From Mobula hypostoma (taxonomy: Eukaryota), in assembly GCF_963921235.1 (NCBI RefSeq), contig NC_086108.1, positions 63,366,001 to 63,430,000 on the forward strand: 64,000 bases of DNA, in the 5' to 3' direction. Both the position numbers and the translations under genes were made by a program. This document shows positions 37,030-50,014 of the stretch, piece after piece. Every line of letters starts with the position of its first letter. The first letter of the stretch is position 1. The notes under the pieces were generated by a model. It searched no databases. It was not told where the DNA came from and was given only the letters and a program-made list of their open reading frames with translations.

Positions 37030-40000
37030 AAACCATAGAAACACTACAGAACAGAAACAGGCCTTTTGGCCCTTCTTGGCTGTGCCGAACCATTTTCTGC
37101 CTAGTCCCACTGACCTGCACACGGACCATATCCCTCCATACACCTCCCATCCATGTATCTGTCCAATTTATTCTTAAATGTTAAAAAAGAACCCACACTT
37201 ACCACCTCGTCTGTCAGCTCATTCCATACTCCCACCACTCTCTGTGTGAAGAAGCCCCCCCAATGTTCCCTTTAAACTTTTCCCCCCTCACCATTAACCC
37301 ATGTCCTCTGGTTTTCCTTCTCCCCTTGCCTCAGTGGACAAAGCCTGCTTGCATTCACTCTATCTATACCCATCATAATTTTATATACCTCTATCAAATC
37401 TCCCCTCATTCTTCTATGCTCCAGGGGATAAAGTCCTAACCCATTCAACCTTTCTCTGTAACTGAGTTTCTCAAGTCCCGGCAACATCCTTGTAAACCTT
37501 CTCTGCACTCTTTCAACTTTATTAATATTCTTCCTGTAATTTGGTGACCAAAACTGAACACAATATTCCAGATTCGGCCTCACCAATGCCTTATACAACC
37601 TCATCATAACATTCCAGCTCTTGTACTCAAAACATTGATTAATAAAGGCCAATCTACCAAGAGCTCTCTTTACGACCCTATCTACCTGTGACGCCACTTT
37701 TTGGGAATTTTGTATCTGTATTCCCAGAGCCCTCTGTTCTACTGCACTCCTCAGTGCCTTACCATTTACCCTGTATGTTCTAGCTTGGTTTGTCTTTCCA
37801 AAGTGCAATGCCTCACACTTGTCTGTATTAAACTCAATCTGCCATTTTTCAGCCCATTTTTCCAGCTGGTCCAAGTCCCTCTGCAGGCTCTGAAAACCTT
37901 CCTCACTGTCCACTACACCTCCAATATTTGTATCATCAGCAAATTTGCTGATCTAATTTACCACATTATCATCCAGATCATTGATATAGATGACAAATAA
38001 CAATGGACGCAGCACTGATCCCTGTGACACACCACTAGGCACAGGCCTCCACTCAGAGAAGCAATTCTCTACTACCACTCTTTGGCTTCTTCCATTGAGT
38101 CAATGTCTAATCCAATTTATCACCTCTCCATGTACACCTAGCGACTGAATTTTCCTAACTAACCTCCCATGCAGGACCTTGTCAAAGACCTTACTGAAGT
38201 CCATGTAGACAACATCCACTGCCTTCCCTTCATCCAATTTCTGGGTAACCTCCTCAAAAAACTCAATAGATTGGTCAAACATGATCTACCACACACAAAG
38301 CCATGTTGACTCTCCCTAATAAGTCCCTGTCTATCCAAATGCTTGTAGATTCTGTTTCTTAGTACTCCCTCCAATAACTTACCCACTACTGATGTCAAAC
38401 TTACCGGCCTATAATTTCCCAGATTACTTTTCGATCCTTTTTTAAACAACGGAAAAACATGAGCTACTCTCCAATCCTCCGGCACCTCACCCGTAGACAC
38501 CGACATTTTAAATATATCTGCCAGGGCCCCTGCGCTTTCAACACTAGTCTCCTTCAATGTCCGACGGAATACCCTGTCAGGTCCTGGGGATTTATCCATT
38601 TTAATTTGCCTCAAGATAGCAAGGACCTCCTCCTTTTCAATCTGTACAGTTTCCATGATCTCCCTACTTGTTTCCCTTAATTCCATAGACTTCATGCCAG
38701 TTTCCTTAGTAAATACAGATGCAAAAAACCCACTTAAGATCTCCCCCATTTCTTTTGGTTCCGCATATAGCCGACCACTCTGATCTTCAAGAGGACCAAT
38801 TTTATCCCTTACAATCCTTTTACTCTTAATATATCTGTAAAAGCACTTTGGATTATCCTTCACTTTGACTGCCAAGGCAACCCCATGTCTTCTTTTAGCC
38901 CTCCTGATTTCTTTCTTAAGTATTTTCTTGCACTTTTTATACTCCTCAAGCACCTTACTTACTCCCTGTTTCCTATACATGTCATACAACTCTCTTCTTC
39001 TTTATCAGAGTTGCAATATCCCTTGAGAACCAAGGTTCCTTATTCCTATTCACTTTGCCTTTAATGCTAACAGGAACATACAAGCTCTGCACTCTCAAAA
39101 TTTCTCCTTTGAAGGCTTCCCACTTACTGATCACATCCTTGCCAGAGAACAAGATCCTTCCTCATTTCTTCAAAGTTGTCCTTCTTCCAGTTCAGAACCT
39201 CAACCCTAGGACCAGATCTAACCTTGTCCATGATCAAGTTGAAACTAATGGTGTTATGATCACTGGAACCAAAGTGCTCCCCTACACACACTTCCGTCAC
39301 TTGTCCTAACTTGTTTCCGAACAGGAGATCCAACATTGCATCCCCTCTAGTTGGTACCCCTATATATTGATTTAGAAAACCTTCCTGAACACATTTTACA
39401 AACTCTAAACCATCTAGATCGCTAGAAGTATGGGAGTCCGAATTAATATATGGAAAATTAAAATCCCTTACCACCGCAACTTTATGTTTCCTGCAGTTGC
39501 CTGCTATCTCCCTGCAGATTTTCTCCTCCAATTCTCGCTGACTATTGGGTGGTCTATAATACAACCCCACGAATGTGGCCATACCTTTCCTGTTTCTCAG
39601 CTCCACCCGTAAGTACTCAGTAGACAAGCTCTCTAATCTGTCCTGCCTGAGCACTGCTGTAATATTTTCCCTAACAAGCAATGCTACCCCCCAACTTTCA
39701 TTCCTCTGCCTCTATCACATCTGAAACATCGGAACCCTGGAATATTAAAGCTGCCAGTCCTGCCCCTCCTGTAGCCAAGTTTCACTAATTGCTATAACGT
39801 CATAATTCCACGTGTCAATCCACGTCCTCAACTCGTCTACCTTCCCCGCAATACTCCAAGCATTGAAATAGATACACCTCAGAAGATTTTTACCACCACT
39901 CACAATCTTTCTATTTGCGGCTTTCCTTGAACTATTAACACCATTTATTTTCACCCCAGCCACACTGTCAGCTCTGGCACTCTGGTTCCCATTCCCCAGC

Positions 40001-40294
40001 AAATCTAGTTTAAAGCCTCCCCAACAGCACTAACAAACCTCCCTGAAAAGATATTGGTCCCCCTGTAGTTCAAGTGTAACCCGTCTCTCTTGTACAGGTC
40101 CCACCTGCCCCAGAAGAGGTCCCAATGATCCTGAAATCTGAAACCCTGCCACCTACACCAGTTCCTCAGCCAATTGTTCATCCTCCAGAGCATCCTATTC
40201 TTACCCTTACTGGAATGTAGCACAGATAGCAATCCTGAGATTACCACCCTCGAGGTCCTGCTTTTCAACTTCCTACCAAGCTCTCTATACTCAC
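37030..40294 (-). mobile_element. CR1 LINE family B, second copy, truncated within ORF1, ORF2 broken
   Basis: Collinear with about 28670-31955; ORF pieces 37272-37913, 38159-38989, 39124-39681, 40005-40358. Confidence 0.93.
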
Positions 40295-41890
40295 GTGGAA
40301 GTGAGATGTTTTTACAGGGAATGCCTGATTTCACACTGTTTGCAAGAGCATGTAACATTGAATGGTAGGTTTTGAAATACCTGCAAATCTGGTGGACACA
40401 CCAGTATTCGTTTATTAAATTATTAGACCAATTGGCATAGGTTCTGGTTTGCTTATAATTTTTCTTCTGTCACTTGTGAGTGAACACTGGATATTTGGTG
40501 ATAATAATGGTAAATACTGCATGAGATTTAGTAACTCCATGAATATTCGTTTTATCAGAATAAACATATTCTATTTAAACTATGCTATTTAAGTTTATTG
40601 ATGAAATATTTTTAAATTGTGCTTGCTCTTCTTGACATGTTCAGAACGTCAGATACACCAGCAAAGAAAGTAAAACATTCAAACGATGAGAGAGGCAGCA
40701 GAGATTTTCAAGAGTGGTAGAGTGAAGGATTTGGCATGATTAAAAATGGTGATAAAGCACATAAATATGCCACGACTCATCCTTTTCCTTTAAAAAGTTC
40801 ATAATTATTGTTAGTAATTTAGTAATCAATGATTATCTCTGCTGAAAATTACCTTGGTTTGCAAGAGAACTTTTTAGATTAGATTAGTGCCAACACAGTC
40901 TCTGAAAGGGTTGCCACCCCTAAAGATTTATACAGGACAACATTGTGTTCAGTGTGTCTTGTTGATGACAATCAGGGTGTCTTCATGAGCTAATCCCATT
41001 TGTCTGTATTTGACTCATATTTCTTGAAGTCTTTCCTATCCACATACCTGTCCAAATGTCTTTTAACCATTGTAATTATACCTGCATACATCACATCATT
41101 GGCTGCTCATTCTATATCACCCCTACTTTGCCTCTCAAACCTTTAAAACAGTCGACATTTTGGGCCAAGACCCTTCCTCAGGACTGGAGAAAAAAGATGA
41201 GGTTAGAGCAAGAAGGTGAGGCGGTGGGTGGGGGGAGTGGAGTGGGTATATGGAAGAAGAGGAAGAAATACAAGGTAGTAGGTGATAGGTGAAACCAGGA
41301 CAGGAGGAGGGGAACTCTTTCACCAATCAACAATCAATTTGCCAGCTCTTTATTTCACCCCTCCCCTTCTCCTGGTAAACATAAAATACAAATAGATACA
41401 TGTTTACTAATGTTCTTAAGTGGTATTTGCCAGGTCCAGGTGGAGGTCAAAATAGATCTATTAATTGCTAAGTAATTTGAATGGATCAGGCAAAAAAATA
41501 GTGACAAATGATGCAAAACATACGTTCATTTCACACCTGAAGTAAATAGAACAGAAGATTTTCTAAATTATAAAAGCCTTACATGAATGGAAGTGCAGAC
41601 AGATGCACAGAGATGATCAGAATCTTATGTATAGATAAAGAAAGGAATCCAGCAGACGACTGAAATGATGGATTTTACTTATGAATAATTAGTCACAAGT
41701 ATGTGTAAGTAATGGATGTCCAGACCCTATACCCCTCCACTGTCCATCAGGAGGACTTCAAATAATACAATGTTCATTTCAAAGCATCCTACTTCAGCAG
41801 GGAGATATTGACCGTGAAGTAAAGAATGTAGTGCAGATTTATAATGACAATAGCTGAATTCCAAAGTTTAAAACATAAAGAGGGATTAGG

Positions 41891-42390
41891 CTCAGTGGCC
41901 AGTTTATCAGATACAGGATTAGAACCCAGTGTTGTCTTCTGCTGCTGTAGCCTATCAACTTCAAGATTCAACATGGTTATTTGAGTTACTGCTGCCTTCC
42001 TGTCAGCTTGAAACAGTTGGACATTCTCCTCTGACCTCTTTGATTAACAAGTTGTTTTTACCTACAGAATTGCCAGTCACTGAGTGATTTTTGTTTTGAT
42101 TTTTGCACCATTCTCTGTAAATTCTAGAGACTGTTGTGTGTTAAAATCCCAGGCAATCAGCAGTTTCTGAGATACTCAAACCACCCTGTTTGGCATCAAC
42201 AATCATTCCACGGTCAAAGTCACTTAGATCATATTTCTTCCGCATTCTGATGTTTGGTCTGAACAACAACTGAATCTCTCGATCATGTACGCATGCTTTT
42301 GTGAATTGAGTTGCTGCCACATGATTGGCTGATTAAATATTTGTATTAATGAGCAGGTGTATAGCTGCATCTAATAGTGTGGCCGCCTAG
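41891..42390. mobile_element. Non-autonomous Tc1/mariner-like element with decayed TIRs
   Basis: Left ctcagtggccagtttatcagataca and right tgcatctaatagtgtggccgcctag are imperfect inverted repeats; no ORF. Confidence 0.5.
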
Positions 42391-42689
42391 TCTATGTTGT
42401 ATTTATCAAAGTTTTCACATAATAAAGAAATTGTCAGGGGCATGGGAGAAACAATTTCTGCTGTTCGGGGAGCTTTTTGGTTGGAAGAATAATTTAAAAG
42501 TTTGATCTTGAAAAAATGAAGTTAGGAAACACTTCAAAGTGAAAAGTGTAGTGAAAGTGTAAAACTCTCTTGTGATGCTGGGTCAGGTAAGCTCTGCTCA
42601 CTTTGAATGAAATAAGATTTGTTTGCTGCTTAAATCAGTCAAGGCTATAAGGTTGTCCTAATCTTTTCATTTAATGTTCCTTTCTACAG

Positions 42690-42866
42690 CTATATAATTC
42701 ATTTCCAAAGTTAGTGAGACATCTGCCAGGCCCACATAATGATCTATTTGCTTCATGGAAAAGTTTAGAGGACCTTTTCCAAAAGAACATCAAGCAGCAC
42801 CGGGAGAGATGGAACCCAACAGAACAAAGGGATTTCATTGACTGCTTCCTTTTACAAATGCAAAAG
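42690..42866 (+). CDS. cyp2j: CYP2 exon 5 (177 nt)
   Basis: ttctacag|LYNSFPKLVRHLPGPHNDLFASWKSLEDLFQKNIKQHRERWNPTEQRDFIDCFLLQMQK|gtgaag. Confidence 0.94.
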
Positions 42867-43744
42867 GTGAAGTTTTATGTAAACTTAAATTTTGAGATAG
42901 GAGGAATAGAAAGGGTGAATATTGTTTAAAGAGGGTGAGTAAAGGACACTATTACAGAGGAATTCTGGGTGTTCTCAGGTAGGACACGCAGGTTGTCAGT
43001 GAGTAGTTAAGAAGGTATTTATAATTCCTCTTTTTGTGGCAAAGGTGCTGAAGTACAGAAATTAAGAAGTCTTGCTAGAACTTTACGGGATGTTGGTAAA
43101 ATCATGTTTGACATACCCTTTATTATGTACGGATATGCTTACATCAACATAGTTTTAAGAAGTTGAACTGGGTGCATCTCTGGGTGGAAATAAATCTTTT
43201 ATGTGGAAAGGTTGAAGTACTGATGAGACTTCAGGAGAATAAATATGGGGCATCATTTCTGAATAAGTGTCACCTATTTAAGATTGAGGTGAGGTGGATT
43301 TTCTGCTCTGTGAATCAGGAATATTTAGAATATTCACAGCCAAGACAGGATAATATTAGGTTGATAAGGCAGTTGAGGATCATGTGGAATTGGCAGAGCT
43401 GGACTATTAGATCAGCCTAGTTTGTAGCCAGTGTCTGGAGGGTTCATAGGACCGACTCCTATTGCTCTGTTCTCATGCCCCTATTTCCGACTTTCTTGAT
43501 TCTGTTATAAAATTTTTGCTGGCCTTTATCAGGACTCTTACCCTAACCAGGACTATCGCATTGTTTCAGAAATGCAAAAATTAAAAAAAAATACAGATGC
43601 TAGAAAGCTGAAGGAAAATCACAGAAGGCGGGAACCTCTCAGCAAGTCAGGCGGTATTTGTAGAAAGAGAAACTGTTAACATTTCAGCCAAAGATCAATC
43701 ATCAGGGTTATGTGGTATTTTGGATTGCGGGGTGTAGATATGCC

Positions 43745-44095
43745 TCTATCATAGGAGGTGTGAGGTGCCCCTTCCCTCTGCTCGCCTGTAGGTCACCTTT
43801 GGGCATGGTGAAGCATCTGCTTAGCTCCACAATCAGTGTCACGTGAGGCCATGGGACCAAGTGGTGGATGGTCGTATGAGCAGCTGGTGCGTATATCAAG
43901 TCTCAGTTATAGGATTACTGACGCCGGGCAAATAATCTCTGAAGAGTATTGGTAATGGCTGGGGTCACGTTTCTTGTAAAGATGCTGTCCAGAAGGCAAT
44001 GGCAAACCACTTCTGCAGAATATGCCAAGAAGAATAATGGTCACAGACTATGATCGCCCATGTCATGCGACATGACACATAATAATGATGATGAC
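43745..44095 (+). mobile_element. SINE-like element with an RTE/BovB-type 3' segment
   Basis: Contains gaaggcaatggcaaaccacttc, similar to RTE/BovB 3' ends, and ends in (taa)(tga)n triplets; GC-richer than flanks. Confidence 0.45.
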
Positions 44096-44242
44096 AAGGA
44101 ATTAGCAGTAATGACATGACCAATTCTGATAAAGGTCATAGAACTGAGAATTTTATAGTGTTTCTCTTTTGACAACTTCTGTGTACTTCCAACATTTTTG
44201 GATTTGTTTTAGAAGCATGTCTTGCAGTGGTGTCTGGCAAAG

Positions 44243-44577
44243 CTATTTCCCGTGGTAGGGGATTCTAGGACAAGAGGGCATGACTTCAGGATTGAAGGAC
44301 GTCCTTTTAGAACTGAGATGTGGAGAAATTACTTTAGTCAGAGGGTGCTAAGTCTGTGGAATTTGTTGCCATGAGCGGCTGTGGAGGCCAAGTCATTGAG
44401 TGTATTTAGGGCAGAGATAGATAGGTTCTTGATTAGGCTGAGCATCAAAGGGTATTGGGAGAAGGCAGGGGAGTGGGAATGACTGGAGGAATTGGATCAG
44501 CCCATGATTGGTGGAGCAGACTCAATGGGCTGAATGGCCTACTTCTACTCCTATATCTTGTGGTCTTATGGTCTAAG
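44243..44577 (+). mobile_element. CR1 3'-end fragment
   Basis: SRTRGHDFRIEGRPFRTEM remnant and tcttgtggtcttatggtct tail. Confidence 0.75.
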
Positions 44578-45424
44578 CAAAGGGAAAGTTATCACCTTCT
44601 GGTTGTCCTTACATATTTTGATTTCCTATTGTCCTTTAAAACAAACTTACAAGGCTTTCTTTCACAATAAAGCTCCCAGTGTGAATCTTTGTTCAAAGGT
44701 GCTATAGATTGAGGTTGTGGAATGGGTAGCAGTAAGATAAAAGTACTAATACATCAGATTTTGGAAGCACAAATCCTCAAAGCACTCTGAGAATCTTAAG
44801 GTAGCTTATTTTTCTAATATTAATCGCACAATGCCCCTAACTTCCTGAAAACCTAATTTTTGAGTTAGTTGTGAAATATTCGCATTACCTTGCATCAAAA
44901 TGCAGGGAATTTCTGTTTGTTAATAAATCTATTTACAACTAACAAATACTTTGGTTTAATTCCACTATTCTTCAGATTTACTATGCTTTCTGGTAAAACA
45001 AGCTTAGAATGAGTAATAGTTAATCTACCTATTTACTCCAAGACACCAATTCTAGAACCATATTGACCCAGCAAACTTCCTATTACCAGAGCAGGCATCG
45101 GTTAAGCTAGTGGCAAACTGATCCAAACACCTTATTAGTCTGCAAGCAGGCACTGGATTCCACTCAAATCAAAAGAATGAGTGGAGCTGTGACTTTGCAC
45201 CCTTGTTGATCATTGAGAGAACAGACACACAGGGTGGGTTTGCCATCTTTGCTCAAACAACCAACAGTTTATTATAGCCAGCTGTAATCACCCACTCTCA
45301 TTAACTCCTGGTACAACAGGCTCAGTGGGTGAGGTTGCGCCATGTAACCAGGAAAGCTAAAGCTGAAACTCATTACATATCACTTAAATCTGTTGTCACT
45401 TTAATATATTTCTTGCTGTTTAAG

Positions 45425-45560
45425 GCTGCTCCTAACTCTAGTTTTGATGACCAAAATCTGCTGTATACATCATTGGATCTTTTCTTTGCTGGATCTGAGA
45501 CGACAGCTACCACATTACTTTGGGCACTGCTGTACATGGCAGGGTATCCAGACATTCAAG
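45425..45560 (+). CDS. cyp2j: CYP2 exon 6 (136 nt, helix I)
   Basis: gtttaag|AAPNSSFDDQNLLYTSLDLFFAGSETTATTLLWALLYMAGYPDIQ(E)|gtgagt. Confidence 0.92.
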
Positions 45561-46572
45561 GTGAGTAACTCAGGAGAAATTTAGGAAGTTCTCGATTTCT
45601 GCCTATGATTTCTGAATTTCTGTGATTATACTTAATGAAGCTATGGTCTTCCCAGTGCAACCTCGTCTACATTGGTGAAACCCGACGTGGATTTGGGGGA
45701 ACCACTTGACCGAGCACCTTCGCTCCACCGGCAACAGGGAGGATTTCCCATTGTCCATCCATTTTAATTCCACTCCTCATTCCCATTCCAACACACTAGT
45801 CCAGGGCCTCCTTTCCTGCCATGATGAGGCCACTCTGAGGTTGGAGTAGTAACACCATTTGGATAGCCACCAACCCTTCGGAATAAACATTGATTTCTCC
45901 CCCCTCCTCCTCTTCCATTCCCAATCCTAGCTCCCCTCTTACTCCTCTTCTTCTCACCTGCCCATCACCTCCCCCTGGTGCCCGTCCTCCTTCCACTTCT
46001 CCCATGGGATCTGTTCTCGTATCGGATTCCTCCTTCTTCAACCCTTCAGCCATTCTGTCTCTCACGTCCAGGCTTCTCATTTGATCTGTCCTCCCTCTCC
46101 ACCTACCTTCCCCTCAGCTGGATTTACCTATCATCTGCCCCACCAAAATTATACCTGCATACCCTTGTCCCACCAACATTATATCTGCAGACCTCTGCCT
46201 ACTGAAATCATATTTGTATACCTCATCTCTGTTTTATCTCTTCCCCCCAACCCAGTTTAATCTCTTCCTACCTACGTCTGTGACACTTCACACACTCTGG
46301 ATCTTTTCAACGGCTTCAAGTTCCCTGGCTCTGATCATCTTATTTTCACAATGGATGTCTAGATCCTATACACCCCCAACCCTCATCAGGAGGGCCTCAA
46401 AGCTCTCTGACAACAGACCTAACTTGTTGCCCTCCTCCATCTGGCAAAAACGGTCCTCTCTCAATAATTTCTCCTTTGGCTCCTCCCACTTCCTTCAAAC
46501 CAAAGGTATAGCCATGGGCGTTCGTATGGGTCCCAGCTATGACCGCCTGTTTGTCCGCTACATGGAACAGTA

Positions 46573-47024
46573 TGAGGGGTGATTGATAAGTTCGTGGCCT
46601 GAGGTAGAAGGAGTCAATTTTAGAAAACCTAGCACATTTATTTTCAACATAGTCCCCTCCTACATTTACACACTTAGTCCAGCAGTTGTGGAGCATACAG
46701 ATCCCTTTGAAGAAGTTGACATCTTCAACCTCCAGAAAGTGGTCCCGTGCAGTTGGTTCAACTCTCTGAGTGATAATGCAGAAGTTTGAAGTTAATAACT
46801 CATCCCCTTCTATCTTAGGCCACAAACGTATCAATCACCCCTGCTGTGGACCAGTATCTGGAGGTCCAAGATGCCGACTTCTATAAAGAATGGATTCGCA
46901 TGCTCCAGGACCACTGGACTAAGTGTGTAAATGTAGGAGGGGATTATGTTGAAAAGTAAATGTGCTAGGTTTTCTAAAATTGACTCCGTCTACCTTAGGC
47001 CACGAACTTATCAATCACCCCTCG
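46573..47024. mobile_element. Mariner-derived MITE (452 bp) with long inverted arms, inserted at TA
   Basis: TA|tgaggggtgattgataagttcgtggcct ... aggccacgaacttatcaatcacccctcg|TA; both arms encode the mariner C-terminus WTKCVNVGGDYVE. Confidence 0.9.
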
Positions 47025-47282
47025 TATGTTCCAAACCTACACCAATATCACTGCCCAACTTTTCCTATGCTAGATCAATGACTGCATTGGGGCTGCTTCC
47101 TGCACCATGCTGAGCTTGTCAACTTCATCAACTTTGCCTCCAACTTCCACCCTGCCTTCAAATTTACCTGGTTCATTTCTGACATTTTTCTTCCCCTTCT
47201 CGATCTCTCTGTCTCTATCTCTGGAAATAGTTTATCTGCTGATGTCTTTTATAAATCCACTGATTCTCACAGCTAACTGAAC

Positions 47283-47564
47283 TACTTTATACTTTATTGT
47301 CGCCAAACAGTTGATACTAGAACGTACGATCATCACAGCGATATTTGATTCTGTGCTTCCCGCTCCCTGGGTTACAAATCGATAGTAAATATTGAAAATT
47401 TAAATTATAAATCATAAATAGAAAATAGAAGAATGGAAAGTAAGGTAGTGCAAAAAAACCGAGAGGCAGGTTCAGATATTTGGAGGGTACGGCCCAGATC
47501 CGGGTCATGATCCATTCAGTAGTCTTATCACAGTTGGAAAGAAGCTGTTCCCAAATCTGGCCAT
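47283..47564 (-). mobile_element. L2/Rex1-type LINE 3' tail nested in the PLE
   Basis: Same sequence as 6985-7212 but longer; acta repeated at 47281-47284 and 47565-47568. Confidence 0.7.
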
Positions 47565-50014
47565 ACTATACCTCTTCCCACCATGTCACTTGTAAAAATG
47601 CCATCCACTTCTCTCAGTCCAATTACCACTGCATCTGCTCTTAGCTCACGATAAGGTTTTTCATTCCAGGACTAATTAAATGTCCTCCTTCTTCAAAGAA
47701 AGGGGCTTTCTTTCCTTCACCATCAATGCTGCTGTCATCCACGTCTCTTCTATTTTGTGCATATCTGCCACACCACCAGGGATAGGGTCCTCACCTACCA
47801 CCCCACTAGCTTCTCTGCCCAGCACATAATTCTCCGTAACCTCTGCCATCTCCAATGGGATTCCACCACCAAGCACATCTTTGCTCTCCCCCAACTTTCT
47901 ACTTTCCACAGGGATTGTTCCATACGTGACTCCCTTGTCCATTTGTCCCTCCACACTGATCTCCTTCATAGTACTTATCTTTGCAAGTGGACAAGTGCCA
48001 CACCTGCCCCTACACTTCCTTCCTCACTACCATTGAGGGTCCCAAGCAGTCCTTCCAGGTGAAGTGATATTTCACCTGTGAGTCTGTTGTGGTCATCTGC
48101 TGTATCCGGTGTTCCCAGTGTGGCCGCCTCTACGTCGGTGGGACCCAACATAGATTGGGAGACCGCTTCGCCCAGCACCTGTGCTTCATCTGCCTGAAAA
48201 AGCAGGATCTCTCAGTGGCCACCCATTTCAGTTCACCTTCCCATTCCTATTCTGACATGTCAGTCCATGGCCTTCTCTTCTGCCACGATGAGCCCACACT
48301 CAGATTGGAGGAGCAACTCCTTTTAGCCAGACGGTGATGAACCTGTGGAATTTTTTTCCCATGGGCAGCTGTGAAAGCCAATTCTTTATGTATATTTAAG
48401 GCAGAGGTTGATAGATCCTTGATTAATCAGGGCATGAAGAGATATGGGGAGGAGGCAGGAGATTTGGCTGAGAGGAAAATTAGATCAACCATGATGAAAT
48501 GGCGGAGCAGACTCGATGGGCCAAATAGCCTAATTCTGCTCCTATATCTTATCGTCTTATGGTCTTATAGTCTGTCTGGGTAGTCTCCAACCTGATGGTG
48601 TGAATTTGCAGGAATTGCACCCACCCTCTCCTTCACCATTCCCCACTCCTGTTTCTCTCTCTCACCTTTTCTTCTTACCTGGCAGTCACCTCCCTCTGGT
48701 GCTCCTCCCCCTTCCCTTTCTTCCGTGGTCTTCTGTCCTCTCCTATCCGATTACCCCTTCTCCAGCGCTTTACCTCTTACACCAATCAACTTCGCAGCTC
48801 TTTACTTTGCCCACTCCCCACTGCCAGTTTCACCTATAACCTACCACCTTGTGCTTCTACCTCGCCCACTTGCTCTGACTTCTCATCTCTTTTTTCCAGT
48901 CCTGACGAAGGGTCTCGGCCCAATCATCAACTGTTCACTCTTTTCCGTTGATACTGCCTGGCCTGTGTGTGTTGCTTGGATATCCAGCATCAGCAGATTT
49001 TCTTGCGTTTTTGGTTTCCGTATCACCTTCGAGCTTGTACTCCTTCTCCTCACCCCACCGCTTTCCTTTCCAGTTCTGTTGAAGTGTCTCAGCCCCAAAA
49101 CAGCAGCTCTTTATCCCCCCCCATAAATGCTGCCTGACCTGCTGAGTTCCTTGAGTATTTTGTGTGTGTTACTGTGATCTTGCCTGATTATAAATTGGTG
49201 AACAGTGATGATTTGTACCAAGATACCATAGGTACTAACATATTGGTGCTGTGAGATATTGATACTTAGAATGATCTAAGAAACATAATTTGGAAAATTA
49301 ACACTAAAGAAAAATGTTATGAAGAATGACCCAATGTTTCAATACTTTTGAGAATAATGAGTGGCCAGATCAATTTGATAGCTATTGTAGTTTCCATTTT
49401 GATAATCCTAGCCATCTCATTTACACAATGGATATCCAAACTTTCCATATATCCACATGTCCACCTCCCACCAGAACAGACTGCTGACCCTTCACTTCCT
49501 GAATGGAGGCAAAACCAGTCCTTATCCTCCATCATTGCCATTCTCCTGTACCTCATCTTTGTTACACATTGAACAACTCCTCACTGTCTCCAAATAAAGG
49601 CTGTTGCAATGCAAATCTGTGTAGTTCATGAATATAGTTACCTTTTTTGTGGAATACAAGTTTGTTTTTGCCAGCATCTTCCAACCCATCAGTTTTAACA
49701 TTCAATGAATCCACTATCTCCTTCATAATGCTTCCACTATCCTTTTTATCTTTCCTTTCAAAATTATAATTGTCTCTCTCCCTTCAGGATACCCCAATTC
49801 ACTTCTCAATCCTTCCTGCTCACAATGCATTCACTTCCCACAGCACCTTAATATCCTATTCATTTTATCTCCTTGTTTCCAGCCATTCAGATCTTTTACA
49901 AGTGAAATTTTCATTTTCTTGCACTGCACTTGCCAGTGTTTTTGTATATATTTTCAATTTAAATGGCTGTGGAGCCTCATTCATTGGGTATATTTAAAGC
50001 AGAGGTTGATAGAA

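Larger units (their letters stand above)
45645..49170 (+). mobile_element. Tandem degenerate Penelope-like fragments carrying nested insertions
   Basis: LVYIGET remnant near 45663; FGSSHFLQTKGIAMGVRMGPSY near 46470; VICCIRCSQCGRLYVGG at 48089; decayed hammerheads near 48897 and 49070. Confidence 0.85.
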
